A model generated the notes under the pieces. The model saw nothing but the letters and a program-made list of their open reading frames with translations, did no database searches and was not told the origin of the DNA. Shown here piece after piece: positions 46,998 to 57,629 of a DNA stretch of 64,000 nt; position 1 is the first letter of the stretch; the number at the start of each line of letters is the position of its first letter. The position numbers and the translations under genes were made by a program. Source of the stretch: Thermococcus sp. JdFR-02. Lineage in GTDB: Archaea; Methanobacteriota_B; Thermococci; Thermococcales; Thermococcaceae. The stretch is from the NCBI GenBank assembly GCA_002009975.1, contig MTLP01000022.1:1-64000 (forward strand), in the 5' to 3' direction.

Positions 46998-47810
46998 CTA
47001 ATCCCCAGTAGCTCCCTTTAATGCATCTTTACAGCCACACCTTCTCTCCCTTGGAATGTATTCAATAGCCTTCATTAATAACAGTTTTATCTCCTCGCTT
47101 TTTTTCGCCATTAGCTCAACAACCTCTGTATGGGTGAGCTTTGTTGGACTTATTCCAGCTGCAAAGTTGGTAACTATCGCAACGCTTGAATAGCACATTT
47201 CAAGCTCTCTTGCCAATATAGCCTCTGGTACTTGGGTCATTCCAACCACATCTGCTCCTAGAATCTTGAGCATTCTAATCTCCGCTTTAGTTTCAAACCT
47301 AGGTCCTTCCATACAAGCATAAGTCCCCTTTGGATGATAGGGGAATCTAAGCTCTTTTGCTGCTCTTATTATTGCATTCCTAAGCTCTGGACAATAAGGT
47401 TCTGTAAAGTCAACATGGGCAACAAATTTCCTATCATGTGGACTCTCCTCACCATCATAGAAGGTATAAACTCTATTCTTTGTAAAATCGATGAGCTGAT
47501 CCAAAACAACAAAATCTCCGGGTTTCATATTTTCATTTAGAGAGCCGACTGCGGAAGTTGCTAAAATCCTCTCAACCCCTAACTCATATAACCCCCAAAT
47601 GTTTGCTCTGTAGTTTATTTTATGGGGCGGAACGCTGTGTTTTTCACCGTGCCTTGGCATAAATACGATCTCTTCCCCTTTGTATTCTCCAATTTTAACC
47701 TTAACTTCCCCATAAGGAGTTCTTATTATCTCTTCTCTTATATTTTCCAAAAGTCTTGGATCATAAACTCCACTACCACCAATAATAGCTATTCTTGGCA
47801 TCTGCATCAC
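46998..47810 (-). CDS. mtnP: 5'-methylthioadenosine/purine nucleoside phosphorylase
   Basis: IIGGSG, RHG, HKINYRANIW, EGPRFETKAE, VGMT. Confidence 0.88.
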   Translation of the reverse strand: MMQMPRIAIIGGSGVYDPRLLENIREEIIRTPYGEVKVKIGEYKGEEIVFMPRHGEKHSVPPHKINYRANIWGLYELGVERILATSAVGSLNENMKPGDFVVLDQLIDFTKNRVYTFYDGEESPHDRKFVAHVDFTEPYCPELRNAIIRAAKELRFPYHPKGTYACMEGPRFETKAEIRMLKILGADVVGMTQVPEAILARELEMCYSSVAIVTNFAAGISPTKLTHTEVVELMAKKSEEIKLLLMKAIEYIPRERRCGCKDALKGATGD

Positions 47811-47926
47811 CTAAGAATACTTGGAAATAAGGCTTAAAATGTTGTTGATAATTGCTGCTCTATTTTTTAATCATAAAATATTAAAAACAGACGTAAGTAG
47901 TTACGACAGAAAACGAAAAAATAAAA

Positions 47927-48148
47927 TCAACTTAATTCGTCATAGACTACTCCAACCACTTCACCATCATCTAATGAAACAAAACTTATTTTTAACTTTT
48001 TACCTGTTTTTGGATCAACAACAACAAAATCAGGCTTTTTTAAATATTCACTCCTAGGCAGATGCCAAACATCGCCGTAATGTTTTTTTAGGCTTTCAAA
48101 AAATTTCTTGACATCCTTTCTAACAACCGTTGTCATAGATATCACCAA
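47927..48148 (-). CDS. Small hypothetical protein
   Basis: GGTGA RBS, upstream TATA, plausible composition. Confidence 0.6.
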   Translation of the reverse strand: MVISMTTVVRKDVKKFFESLKKHYGDVWHLPRSEYLKKPDFVVVDPKTGKKLKISFVSLDDGEVVGVVYDELS

Positions 48149-48247
48149 TATATTATACTACTTTTGAATATAAAAGACTTTCTAATCGCTATTCGTTAAA
48201 ATTAATATCGACAATTGCCTTAATGTTTAAAAATAGAGAAAGTAACA

Positions 48248-49105
48248 TCACTTAGATTTTTTGCATAGCATAGAACCTTGAGGAACTTTCAATTCTCTTG
48301 CAATCGGTTTACATTTGGCTTTGAGTAGATAAAAGATCTTATCCTCCTTTATTTCGTTAAGGGTTTCAAAATTCCCCTGTCCTTTTGCAATTATTACATC
48401 TGCCCTTTCAAAGAGTTCTTTAAATTCCTTACTAACCCTATCAAATGGAGCTCCCACAATCCTTGTTCCTGTTGAGATTATCTCAGCAATTTCATCAAAT
48501 TTGGCATTTTTTAAATCCTCAATCGTTGCATCATTAATTATTGCCCCCTCTTTCCCAGCAACATAAATATCCAAATGCGGAAACTCTTCCTTGAGTTTTT
48601 CTAAAAAGAGCTTATCAAAGTAAATTTCACCACAATTATCAGTCAAATAAAGAAGAACTTTGCTTTTTCCCAGCTTTTCAAAGAGTTCATCGCTCTCATC
48701 TACATAAAGCTCTTCGCTGAGCATTGTTAAGATGTCTTCCTCTATCCTTTTTAGCTCATAGCCAACGGCAAAATCTATTACGTTTCCAGCTATTGCCAAC
48801 TTTAGGGCTGTTTTCAAATCTATGGAAATTTTTCTCTTTAAATCCTCAACAACCTTCTCTGCTAACCTATTTGACACTTCCTTATACTTTCTAAAGGGAT
48901 CATCCTCATCGAGGAACTCATAAAGCTCAAGAAATATCTCACTTCCAGTTGTCGCTGGTATTGAATCTTCATTAAAGTACTTTTCAACCAGCTTTGCTGT
49001 AAAAATCATAGCTTCCTTTCTTTTTATTAAATCATCAGTGCTGAACTCCACTATCTTTTGAGCTTGATTTATCATGCATGAGAGGCATTCATAATGCACT
49101 TTCAT
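48248..49105 (-). CDS. DUF89/ARMT1-like damage-control phosphatase
   Basis: GNVID, DNCGE, IINDAT, KGQGNFE, KAKC. Confidence 0.9.
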   Translation of the reverse strand: MKVHYECLSCMINQAQKIVEFSTDDLIKRKEAMIFTAKLVEKYFNEDSIPATTGSEIFLELYEFLDEDDPFRKYKEVSNRLAEKVVEDLKRKISIDLKTALKLAIAGNVIDFAVGYELKRIEEDILTMLSEELYVDESDELFEKLGKSKVLLYLTDNCGEIYFDKLFLEKLKEEFPHLDIYVAGKEGAIINDATIEDLKNAKFDEIAEIISTGTRIVGAPFDRVSKEFKELFERADVIIAKGQGNFETLNEIKEDKIFYLLKAKCKPIARELKVPQGSMLCKKSK

Positions 49106-49145
49106 TTTATCACCCTACAATTAATGCCCCAAAGATCATATAAAA

Positions 49146-50489
49146 GTGCCTATTCTTAGGAAAAGTTTTAAATGTATAAAACCGAACATTTGTTCGGTGG
49201 TGCGTATGGAGACCATTGAGAAGGCTAAATTCGGAAAGTTTCACTATAATCTGTTAGCAGTTTTGGGAACAATCTGGGCGTTTATAGCAATAAATACTAT
49301 AGCTGCAAGTTTTTTAATTCCTCTACTAAAAAAAGAACCTGCGTTTCAAGGGAGCTTGGCTAAATTAGGTTCCCTCGGTTCAGCTGCTTTATTTGGAATG
49401 CTTTTTGGAGCTTGGCTTTTTGGAAGCTTAGCCGATTATATAGGAAGAAAAAAGAGCTTAGCGATTGCAGTGACAACTTTTGGGCTTGGCTCAATAATAA
49501 GTGCCTTTTCTCAAAGCTTAGATCAGCTTATAGCTTTGCGTTTTGTAGTTGGTTTAGGCTTAGGTGGTTCATTGCCAGTGGCAAGTTCATATTTTGCCGA
49601 GTTCATGCCTCAACGAATCAGAGGAGCTATGATATCAATATTGGAAAGTTTCTGGGCGATAGGAACGATAATTATTGGAATAGTCGCTTTGGCAATCGGA
49701 ACGAGCTGGAGAAACCTTTTATTCTTTGGCGGTACAGTATTGCTAATCTTACCTATACTATTAGCCCTTCCAGAGTCTCCAAGGTTTTTGCTTGTTAAGG
49801 GTAGAGTTGAAGAAGCCGAAAGAATTATAGAAAAGATTTTTGGAGTCAAAGTAAAGCTCAAAAAGCTTGAAGAGAAGCATGAAAAAGTTACAATAGCGGA
49901 ACTTTGGGAAAAATTTGCAAAAACAACATTAATGCTGACAGTTGCATGGTTCAGCATTGCTTTTGCATACTACGGCTTTTTCATCTGGCTACCAAAGTTC
50001 CTAGCTTCAACTCTAAGCATTACCGTCTTTAAGAGCTTTCAATATTTCATTATAACAGCTATAGCTCAACTTCCCGGTTATTACAGTGCAGCCTATTTAA
50101 TTGAAAAGATTGGAAGGAAAAAGACATTGTCAAGTTATCTCCTAATCTCAGGTTTAGCTGGTATTATGTTCTATAAATTTGCAAGTTCAGGCAATGTAAA
50201 TTTAATAATGCTCAGTGCGATACTCTTCAGCTTTTTCAACTTAGGTGCTTGGGGAGCTATTTACGCCTACACACCAGAGCTATATCCGACTAACGTTAGG
50301 GGTACTGGAACAGGATGGGCTGGAGCAATGGCAAGAATAGGAGGTGGTTTAGCTCCAATAATAGCTGGAAAATTAATGGAAAGTTACACCGTTGGAGTTG
50401 CTGTTCTCGTTATTGCAATAGTCTCAATAGTTGGTGCAGTGGATGTTTTGCTCTTAGGTGAAGAGACAAAAGGAAAAGCCTTAGCTTGA
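49146..50489 (+). CDS. MFS transporter (probable start ATG at 49206)
   Basis: GSLADYIGRK, PESPRFL, ELYPTNVRGTG. Confidence 0.92.
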   Translation: MPILRKSFKCIKPNICSVVRMETIEKAKFGKFHYNLLAVLGTIWAFIAINTIAASFLIPLLKKEPAFQGSLAKLGSLGSAALFGMLFGAWLFGSLADYIGRKKSLAIAVTTFGLGSIISAFSQSLDQLIALRFVVGLGLGGSLPVASSYFAEFMPQRIRGAMISILESFWAIGTIIIGIVALAIGTSWRNLLFFGGTVLLILPILLALPESPRFLLVKGRVEEAERIIEKIFGVKVKLKKLEEKHEKVTIAELWEKFAKTTLMLTVAWFSIAFAYYGFFIWLPKFLASTLSITVFKSFQYFIITAIAQLPGYYSAAYLIEKIGRKKTLSSYLLISGLAGIMFYKFASSGNVNLIMLSAILFSFFNLGAWGAIYAYTPELYPTNVRGTGTGWAGAMARIGGGLAPIIAGKLMESYTVGVAVLVIAIVSIVGAVDVLLLGEETKGKALA

Positions 50490-50550
50490 TTTTTTATTTT
50501 TATCGAAAAATAGTTTAAGGAAGAGTTGCAATATTCTTTGGGCGATATTT

Positions 50551-51129
50551 ATGGCCGAAGAAAAGTTGCCAAAAGGAATTTTAGAAAATCTATTCCCAAA
50601 TGAGGAAGTTCTCTACACCGTGAAAAAGAAGTTTAGCCTTGAAGCAAAGCCCAAATGGCTTGTTGTGACAAATATGCGCATCCTATATATTGACGAGAAG
50701 CTCTTAGGAAGATACGATCTAATAGCGGTTCCCTATGAAAAACTTGAGTTTGTGTATTTTAAAGCTACCAAAGTCTCATCAGAGTTCGTTATTAAAAAAG
50801 AAGATGGAGAAGAGCTTTCTCTTTCAAGACTTGACAAAAATGAAGCTATGAAAGCAATAGAAGCAGTTAGAGATGCTTTAAATGCGATAGCAGTTGAACC
50901 AGTGACAATCCAAAGAAAGAAGAAATTGATGAGTGAGGAATGGATTATTCATAAACCAAAAGAAACTGTAAGCAGGGCAATAAGAGTACAGCGCTCAGTT
51001 CCAACTCTTGTTAAAGAAAAGGAGGACCCAATTGAAAAGCTAAAAAAGCTTAAGGAGCTTTATGACATGGGCATTATAACTCAGGAAGAATACGAAGAAA
51101 AAAGAAGAAAACTTCTTGAAAAAATATAG
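50551..51129 (+). CDS. Bacterial-type PH domain plus SHOCT domain protein
   Basis: LVVTNMRILY PH motif; EKLKKLKELYDMGIITQEEYEEKRRKLL SHOCT. Confidence 0.85.
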   Translation: MAEEKLPKGILENLFPNEEVLYTVKKKFSLEAKPKWLVVTNMRILYIDEKLLGRYDLIAVPYEKLEFVYFKATKVSSEFVIKKEDGEELSLSRLDKNEAMKAIEAVRDALNAIAVEPVTIQRKKKLMSEEWIIHKPKETVSRAIRVQRSVPTLVKEKEDPIEKLKKLKELYDMGIITQEEYEEKRRKLLEKI

Positions 51130-51147
51130 CGCCTCTTCATTACATCT

Positions 51148-51348
51148 TTACCATATCCAAAGTTTAGGGTCTGCTTCCTCCCTGCCTTGAAGGGTGAGGA
51201 GTCCTGTTGGAGGCTTATAGTCAGCCGCTAAGGAGTAACCCAAAAGAAAACCCCAGAGAATACTAAAAGGGACAATATAAGGAACATCACTCTTATCTGG
51301 CTTTTCATAGAGGGTCACCTTCTCATTAATGTTATTATTTGTCTGCAC
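51148..51348 (-). pseudogene. Truncated membrane-protein fragment ending in an IS605-like end hairpin
   Basis: One TM, then CTCCTCACCCTTCAAGGCAGGGAGGAAG. Confidence 0.4.
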
Positions 51349-51349
51349 T

Positions 51350-51721
51350 TCACAACCTCAACGAAGTAGGCATAGTAAAATCCTGATAGAGAACTATTAG
51401 AGAGAGCACCAACATGAACAAAGCAAATCCAGCTATCACTACCCGTTTAATGTAAGATGCATCTTTGAGAAATTTTAAATTCTCCAATATAACAATCGAG
51501 ACAAATACTGCAAATGTCATTGCATCTGAAGCCATTAGATTCAATGGGATTCTCCGATTAATCTTGAGCATAATAACTAAAAGTAGGTATGGAAATGTAA
51601 CAATTCCCGCTTTTTGGAAGCTCTCGAGTGAGATATCCCCAAACTTTTTGTAGTTAAGCAATATGAATGAGAACAAAGAAATAAAGAGGACAGGATAATA
51701 CGTTGGGTTCATTAAGCTCAC
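51350..51721 (-). CDS. 4-TM protein, candidate immunity protein 2
   Basis: Hydrophobic; directly after precursor 2. Confidence 0.65.
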   Translation of the reverse strand: MSLMNPTYYPVLFISLFSFILLNYKKFGDISLESFQKAGIVTFPYLLLVIMLKINRRIPLNLMASDAMTFAVFVSIVILENLKFLKDASYIKRVVIAGFALFMLVLSLIVLYQDFTMPTSLRL

Positions 51722-51724
51722 CTC

Positions 51725-52081
51725 TCATGCTGTGAGTCCACCACCGATTGTTGCAAGGGCTCCTCCGAATACTGCACCTAAACCACCACTAGCTATAGCA
51801 ATGCCAACTCCCCCAACAACAAGTGAAACACCAACTCCAATCATGGAATTTGCATCCGATAACTCCAGAGCATATCGTCCAGCCCTTGCATGGTAGTATT
51901 CTGCCATAGTTTTGTCTCCTCTAAGAAGAGCTCTTTCGTATTAATCCATATAGTAATTGTACATCTTTTTAGCAAAATGCCTTTTAATTGCTCCTATCTC
52001 AGCTTTTTCAGCAACTGCTCCATCAATTACCATTCCCACAGCCATCAACACCAGTCCCAACACCAAAGCTTTTCTCCACAT
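51725..52081 (-). pseudogene. Archaeocin-like precursor 2 with in-frame premature TAA (51941-51943)
   Basis: MWRKALVLGLVLMAVGMVIDGAVAEK...YYMD*YERALLRGDKTMAEYY...GGLGAVFGGALATIGGGLTA in one frame. Confidence 0.8.
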
Positions 52082-52086
52082 TTTAA

Positions 52087-52650
52087 TCACCCCAAACTTT
52101 CGGCAATTTTAAGTGTTATTGTACTCTCAATCAGAGCAGCAATGAAGATTAAAATCATCGAGATAGCAACAAGCTTGAAGAATTCCTTAGCATCCTCCTC
52201 ACTAATCATCTCCTCCTTCTTGCCCAAAGCAAATCTTAAGGCTTCGTAAGGAATCTTGAAGCCAGCTGCTCCGGCTATAATTAAAGCGGGGATTTCGAAA
52301 ATGCCGTGGGGGAAGATTAGGAGAAAGAATGTTTTAACTTCGCCTAAGCTTAAGGAAGACTGGAATAATACTCCCAAGTTAATTCCATTCATGATTAAGT
52401 TTAGAAAAGTCAAACCCCCAAAAGTCAAAACACCGCCAAATGAAAGGAGAAGAATAACTTTGAAATTGTTTGCGAAGATATAAGAAAAACTTAGCTTTTC
52501 TTCACTAAACTCTCTTTCTAAAAATGGGGCAATATTGACATTTTCATGTTCATGAATTTTATAATGGGTTGAGAGTGAAATCCCAAGGAGAAACCCAATA
52601 AAAAATAGTAGAGATGAAAGGAAAATAGGCCTGTTGAGCTTCTCCTTCAA
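52087..52650 (-). CDS. SpoIIM/DUF95 family membrane protein
   Basis: IFANN, NG..G, PHGIFEIPA, AALIES. Confidence 0.92.
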   Translation of the reverse strand: MKEKLNRPIFLSSLLFFIGFLLGISLSTHYKIHEHENVNIAPFLEREFSEEKLSFSYIFANNFKVILLLSFGGVLTFGGLTFLNLIMNGINLGVLFQSSLSLGEVKTFFLLIFPHGIFEIPALIIAGAAGFKIPYEALRFALGKKEEMISEEDAKEFFKLVAISMILIFIAALIESTITLKIAESLG

Positions 52651-52865
52651 TTTTGAGCCTCCTTTGCCATTGGTAGGAGGAATTCTATGGCATATCCAAG
52701 CTCTGCGTATATTATTGTAAAGGCTAGCATTGCCCCAAGGAAGTCTGTCACTGATTTAATGGGAAGGAAGTCGTTAAAGAGTAACGCTATGCTCACAGTT
52801 GTTCCAAAAGCCATTATGAACCCAACGACAAGTAAGCCAATGTACTTTCTAATAGATCCCTTCAT
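52647..52865 (-). CDS. 2-TM protein, candidate immunity protein 1
   Basis: ATG at 52865 after GGGGG RBS: MKGSIRKYIGLLVVGF...; track's longer start overlaps the precursor. Confidence 0.65.
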   Translation of the reverse strand: MKGSIRKYIGLLVVGFIMAFGTTVSIALLFNDFLPIKSVTDFLGAMLAFTIIYAELGYAIEFLLPMAKEAQN

Positions 52866-52876
52866 ATAACGTCCCC

Positions 52877-53143
52877 CTAGGCCCACACCGCAAGACCAAC
52901 ATAGGGTATTGCCTTTGCTACAGTTTTTAAACCAAACTTTAGAGCAAATTTTGTGGCTACTGCAGCGCTTCCTAATGCTGCAGTGCCTGCCTTTACCCCA
53001 CCCATAGCTTGTCGCCAATCTCCTGTTTTGTGCCACCTATAAATCCCATATGCTATATCAAATTTCCCTTTTTCAACTGCTCCACCCACTACCATTCCTA
53101 CAGTCATCAACACTAGCCCTAACACTAAAGCCTTCCTCCACAT
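52877..53143 (-). CDS. Archaeocin/bacteriocin-like precursor 1 (88 aa)
   Basis: MWRKALVLGLVLMTVGMVVGGAVEK leader; cationic Ala/Gly-rich core ending AIPYVGLAVWA; adjacent to SpoIIM. Confidence 0.75.
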   Translation of the reverse strand: MWRKALVLGLVLMTVGMVVGGAVEKGKFDIAYGIYRWHKTGDWRQAMGGVKAGTAALGSAAVATKFALKFGLKTVAKAIPYVGLAVWA

Positions 53144-53511
53144 TTGAAAACCACCAATCGAGTTCGTGTTCTTAATACTATTTAAAGTTTTCTTTATAAT
53201 TCCATAATTACTATTGACATTTTTATGATGATTGAACAGAATATATAACAATCACAAATAGTAAGTTGTGGTTCCCATTAAGTCATTGAAAATTTGTAAG
53301 TACGTGAGTTTTTGAGCAAAGCAATGCAATGGAAGATCAAAAATCAGATTGCTAATCTGACTGAAAGAAAGTTTTGCAAGTACTTGTCCGATTTCCACAG
53401 GAGAATTGATCTGACTCTCAATCTAAATAGATTGTACAACTTCACAGGGGGTAGAAACTAAAGTTCATATCATTAACCTAAGGGTTATAAACTTAATCTA
53501 CATCTCTTATT

Positions 53512-54876
53512 TTGGTGGTGAAAGTGGCTTTAGAAAATTTGGGAAAAGCCTTAAATAACGCCCTAAAAAAGCTTGCTCGTGCTAGAACTGTTGATGAAGC
53601 TGTAATAAAAGAAGTTGTGAGAGATATTCAAAGAGCTTTAATCATGAGTGATGTTAATGTTAGATTAGTCCTTGAATTGACGAAAAAAATCGAAAAGAGA
53701 GCGTTAGAAGAAAAATTACCCCCTGGAATTTCAAGAAAGGAGCACATAATCAAAATAGTTTATGAAGAGCTGACAAACTTCTTGGGAAAAGAAGCCAAGC
53801 CAATTGAGATTAGAGGAAAACCTACTGTTCTCTTAATGGTTGGTATTCAAGGTTCAGGTAAAACCACAAGTGTTGGAAAATTGGCGAGATATCTGCAAAA
53901 GAGGGGTTATAGAGTGGGATTAGTTTGTGCAGATACTTGGAGACCCGGAGCATATCATCAACTAAAGCAACTCGCTGAACCCTTTGGAATTGAAGTTTTC
54001 GGGAATCCAGAGGAAAAAGATGCGGTGAAATTAGCTAAAGAAGGTGTAGACTATTTTAGGCAAAAAGGAGTTGATGTGATTATCGTTGATTCTGCTGGAC
54101 GACATAAAGAGGAGAAGGGACTAATTGAAGAGATGAAACAGATAAGCAGTGCAATAAAACCCCATGAAGTTATTTTAGTAATTGATGGAACAATCGGGCA
54201 GCAAGCATATAACCAAGCCTTAGCCTTTAAAGAAGCGACTCCAATCGGTTCAATAATAGTAACAAAGCTCGATGGGAGTGCAAAGGGAGGAGGAGCATTA
54301 TCTGCAGTTGTTGCCACGGGAGCACCAATTAAATTTATTGGCGTTGGTGAGAAAATTGATGATTTAGAACCCTTTGATCCAAAGCGCTTTGTCTCAAGAT
54401 TGCTTGGTTTAGGAGATATTCAAGGACTCTTGGAAAAGTTTGAAGAAGCGAGCAAAGAAGTAAAAATTGAACAGGATATTGAGAAATTCATACGTGGGAA
54501 GTTTAACTTGAGAGATATGTATACTCAATTAGAAGCTATGCAAAAGATGGGACCTCTAAAGCAAATATTACAGATGATACCCGGGCTAGGGTATGAATTG
54601 CCAGATGATATGGTTAGGATGAGTGAAGAAAGGCTTAAAAAGTTTAAAGTCATTATGGACTCAATGACGAAAGAGGAACTTGAGAATCCTTCCATAATCA
54701 ATTACTCAAGAATTAAAAGAATTGCAAGAGGTTCTGGGACTTCTGTTAGAGATGTGAGGGAGCTATTAGAGCAATATAATCAGATGAAAAAATTCTTTAA
54801 GAGTATGAATAGGAGAAAATTGGCAAAGATGGCAAGAAAATTAGGTGGAATGAATTTTGGAGGGTTTGGAATATGA
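53512..54876 (+). CDS. srp54: Signal recognition particle protein SRP54
   Basis: [34 protein letters not shown] domain RIARGSG. Confidence 0.97.
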   Translation: MVVKVALENLGKALNNALKKLARARTVDEAVIKEVVRDIQRALIMSDVNVRLVLELTKKIEKRALEEKLPPGISRKEHIIKIVYEELTNFLGKEAKPIEIRGKPTVLLMVGIQGSGKTTSVGKLARYLQKRGYRVGLVCADTWRPGAYHQLKQLAEPFGIEVFGNPEEKDAVKLAKEGVDYFRQKGVDVIIVDSAGRHKEEKGLIEEMKQISSAIKPHEVILVIDGTIGQQAYNQALAFKEATPIGSIIVTKLDGSAKGGGALSAVVATGAPIKFIGVGEKIDDLEPFDPKRFVSRLLGLGDIQGLLEKFEEASKEVKIEQDIEKFIRGKFNLRDMYTQLEAMQKMGPLKQILQMIPGLGYELPDDMVRMSEERLKKFKVIMDSMTKEELENPSIINYSRIKRIARGSGTSVRDVRELLEQYNQMKKFFKSMNRRKLAKMARKLGGMNFGGFGI

Positions 54877-55112
54877 TGGAGGCATTTGTTTTGGTTATAG
54901 TAAAACCCGGAAATGAGGAGAAAGTGTATAACAAATTAAAGGAATGTCCCAAAGTTAAAGAGATATACAGGGTCTACGGAGAATATGACATAGTATTAAG
55001 GGTGGAAGTTGATAACATCAAGGCTTTAGATGAGTTTCATGACACCATTTTGAGAAAGATTAGAGAGATTGAAATGACTGAAACGCTAATAGCAAGTTCA
55101 TATCGAGTTTAG
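54873..55112 (+). CDS. Stand-alone Lrp/AsnC ligand-binding (RAM) domain
   Basis: AFVLV...VYGEYDIV...TETLI. Confidence 0.88.
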   Translation: MMEAFVLVIVKPGNEEKVYNKLKECPKVKEIYRVYGEYDIVLRVEVDNIKALDEFHDTILRKIREIEMTETLIASSYRV

Positions 55113-55122
55113 AGGTGGGGAG

Positions 55123-55635
55123 ATGAAAAAACTAGTCGCGATAATTCATTTAGACACTTTAAAAGTTGATTACGACCCCTCTTTTAAATTTAGATGTTTG
55201 GAAAACTGTGCAAAGTGTTGTGCTGAACTCGATATACCCTTAAGAGACGAGGATATAATGAGGATCGAAGATCTCGGCTTCAATGCTTGGGAATTTGTAG
55301 ACTACAACAAGATGTTCTATAGAGGAGACAAATTCATTGGCTATGCTTTGAAAAAGAGACCTTTCGATGGTTTATGTCCCTTTTTAGACGAAAACAGCAG
55401 ATGCAAGATATATCCGAGCAGACCTTTAGCTTGCAAGCTCTATCCTTTCATGCTGGTAAAACAAGGAAACATAATTGAGGTATATGTCAAAGATCCCAAC
55501 TGTCCGGGAGTAGGGGATAGAGATGGAAAACCAGTAAATTTTGAATTTGTTATGGAGTACTTTGGGGAAGTTATTGAAGAATATAGAAGGAAATTAAACT
55601 ATACTCGAGTTCCAAAAGCTGCTGGAACGCCATGA
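55123..55635 (+). CDS. YkgJ family CxxCxxCC Fe-S/Zn protein
   Basis: CLENCAKCC, CPFL, CKIYPSRPLACKLYPF. Confidence 0.9.
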   Translation: MKKLVAIIHLDTLKVDYDPSFKFRCLENCAKCCAELDIPLRDEDIMRIEDLGFNAWEFVDYNKMFYRGDKFIGYALKKRPFDGLCPFLDENSRCKIYPSRPLACKLYPFMLVKQGNIIEVYVKDPNCPGVGDRDGKPVNFEFVMEYFGEVIEEYRRKLNYTRVPKAAGTP

Positions 55636-55734
55636 ATTATAAACGCACAACATTGTATTGCGATGAGATTTTGATATAACCGAAACCTATTTATACATTT
55701 TTTTGTCAATCATGAATCCAAGAGAGGTGATAAT

Positions 55735-56448
55735 ATGAGTCAAATAGAAGCAGTTAAAGAAAAGCTTAGAGTAGTTAGGATTCTTAAGCTCTTAAAAAAG
55801 ACGTATACGTACGATGATCTGTCAAAAATAACTGGTTTGCCAATAACTGTGCTTAATCGTTACGTTAGAGGAAAAGTCCTACCAAGCACAGATAGAGCAA
55901 AAGAGCTTTTGCAAATGCTTTCACCATACATAAATATTGAAGAAGAAGTTAGGAGAAGAATAGAGTTCGATGAGCACGGACTCTTTGACAATATGAAAAT
56001 ACTAAGCGATACCGCTTTAATGAGCCTAATTGCTGAAGAGATAGCTTCAAAATACATGGGAAAGGATGTTTCAAAGGTTTTAACAGCAGCAACAGATGGA
56101 ATTCCTTTAGCGGTTCATATAGCAGACGAATTAAACGTTGATGTAGTTTATGCTAAAAAGAAAAAAGAAGTTGGAGTAGAGAAGTTTTATGAAGTCAACT
56201 ATGTTCCAAGTGCTTCTGGAAGTGTCATGACGCTTTATCTACCCCAATGGGCATTGAAGAAGGGTGATAATGTTCTCATAGTTGATGATGTTATAAGGAG
56301 CGGTGAAACTCAAAGAGCATTAATTGACATGTGCAAACAAGCTGGAGCTGTTCCAATTGGGATGTTTTTCCTAATTAGTGTTGGAGACTTTGTCGATAAG
56401 CTCAGGGAGGAGTATAATATTCCCGTAGATGTGCTGGTGAGATTATGA
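55735..56448 (+). CDS. HTH plus phosphoribosyltransferase (PurR-like regulator)
   Basis: N-terminal HTH; VLIVDDVIRSGET PRPP motif. Confidence 0.88.
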   Translation: MSQIEAVKEKLRVVRILKLLKKTYTYDDLSKITGLPITVLNRYVRGKVLPSTDRAKELLQMLSPYINIEEEVRRRIEFDEHGLFDNMKILSDTALMSLIAEEIASKYMGKDVSKVLTAATDGIPLAVHIADELNVDVVYAKKKKEVGVEKFYEVNYVPSASGSVMTLYLPQWALKKGDNVLIVDDVIRSGETQRALIDMCKQAGAVPIGMFFLISVGDFVDKLREEYNIPVDVLVRL

Positions 56449-57629
56449 TAAATACTGAAATAAGAATGCTCAATAGCATACTAAGAGGAGGGATTAGAGA
56501 AGGGAACAGCATAATGTTTTCCGGTTCTTTTAATGATGATCACAGGATTTTGATGCATCAATTTATTTTTGCCCTTCTCAAACAAGATTACAAAGTATTG
56601 CTCGTAGAGTTCAAGCAGAGCCCAAAGAGTCTGCTAAAATGGCTTGAAGAGTATAAAATCGATTACGATAAGTTCATAGAAAAAGAGCAGCTCAAGATTA
56701 TAGATGGACACACAAATTTATATGCAAAAACACAGGTGGTTGGAAAAGATGTACTTTCAAACCCAATGGATTTGCCCATAACAACGGCTATCCTGAGGAG
56801 AGAATTAACTTCAAAGGGATACAACTTTTTAGTTATAGATGATCTCTCAATTCTTTACGCCGTCCTTCCAAGCAAAGATGAGTTCTTTAAAATAACGGTT
56901 AGATTCATAAACTCCCTTCTCTTAGAAGGAATTGTAACCGTAACCTCATTCATTGAAAAGCTTGCATCTCCCACAGAGTTCTCTCTCCTAACTTTGCCTT
57001 TTGGATACGTGATCTCCATTGAAGATGATAAGGTGAGGATAAAGAAAGCTCCACATCCAATCGGACCCGTGGATTACTTCAAATACATAAAGACAGATGA
57101 AGGAATAAAATCCTATGAAGAGCACTATGAAAGCTTGGAGAAGATAAAGGAATCTCTCTATTTAGACGATGAGGGAATTTTATGGAGCGGAAACCAAAGG
57201 GTTCAAGTAATAGACGAGGAGAGCGAGGCAAAGTTAATAGAAAGTCTATTCGAGTATTACGGCAGTCAATCTGCCAAGAAATTCATGTACTTCTGGGGAA
57301 GGGAGGAGTTTTTAGGGCGTGGAAAGCTGTATTTGCAGATTTATAGAAGCTTGGATAAAGTTTTGAAAAGAATAATTCACGATACAAAGGTGACTGGTGG
57401 GGGAACACTTGAAATAGGACACATGGAGGAAGATATAATCATAATAAGAGCTAAAAACCTATTCCCAAGGATTCCAAACTTTGGAGAACAAATTCACCTC
57501 CATGATGTTGGAGGATTAACACAAATAATAGAAGAAGTTATTGGTGGAAAATGGGAAGGGGATGAAGTTAAGTGTGAAGCAAAAGGTGACAGTTATTGTG
57601 AATTCATTATAAAGAGGGTTAGCAAATGA
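56445..57629 (+). CDS. Degenerate KaiC/RecA-like domain fused to V4R
   Basis: LRGGIREG, Walker A degenerate (GSFNDDHR), LVIDDLS; C-terminal EVKCEAKGDSYCEF. Confidence 0.75.
   Translation: MINTEIRMLNSILRGGIREGNSIMFSGSFNDDHRILMHQFIFALLKQDYKVLLVEFKQSPKSLLKWLEEYKIDYDKFIEKEQLKIIDGHTNLYAKTQVVGKDVLSNPMDLPITTAILRRELTSKGYNFLVIDDLSILYAVLPSKDEFFKITVRFINSLLLEGIVTVTSFIEKLASPTEFSLLTLPFGYVISIEDDKVRIKKAPHPIGPVDYFKYIKTDEGIKSYEEHYESLEKIKESLYLDDEGILWSGNQRVQVIDEESEAKLIESLFEYYGSQSAKKFMYFWGREEFLGRGKLYLQIYRSLDKVLKRIIHDTKVTGGGTLEIGHMEEDIIIIRAKNLFPRIPNFGEQIHLHDVGGLTQIIEEVIGGKWEGDEVKCEAKGDSYCEFIIKRVSK

Noticed and set aside
51941-51943. Recoded stop (Sec/Pyl) in precursor 2
   Set aside because: The codon is TAA, which is not used for Sec or Pyl.
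53344-53360. Palindrome TCAGATT-GCT-AATCTGA between the archaeocin cluster and srp54
   Set aside because: Single occurrence not positioned at an evident promoter; could be chance.
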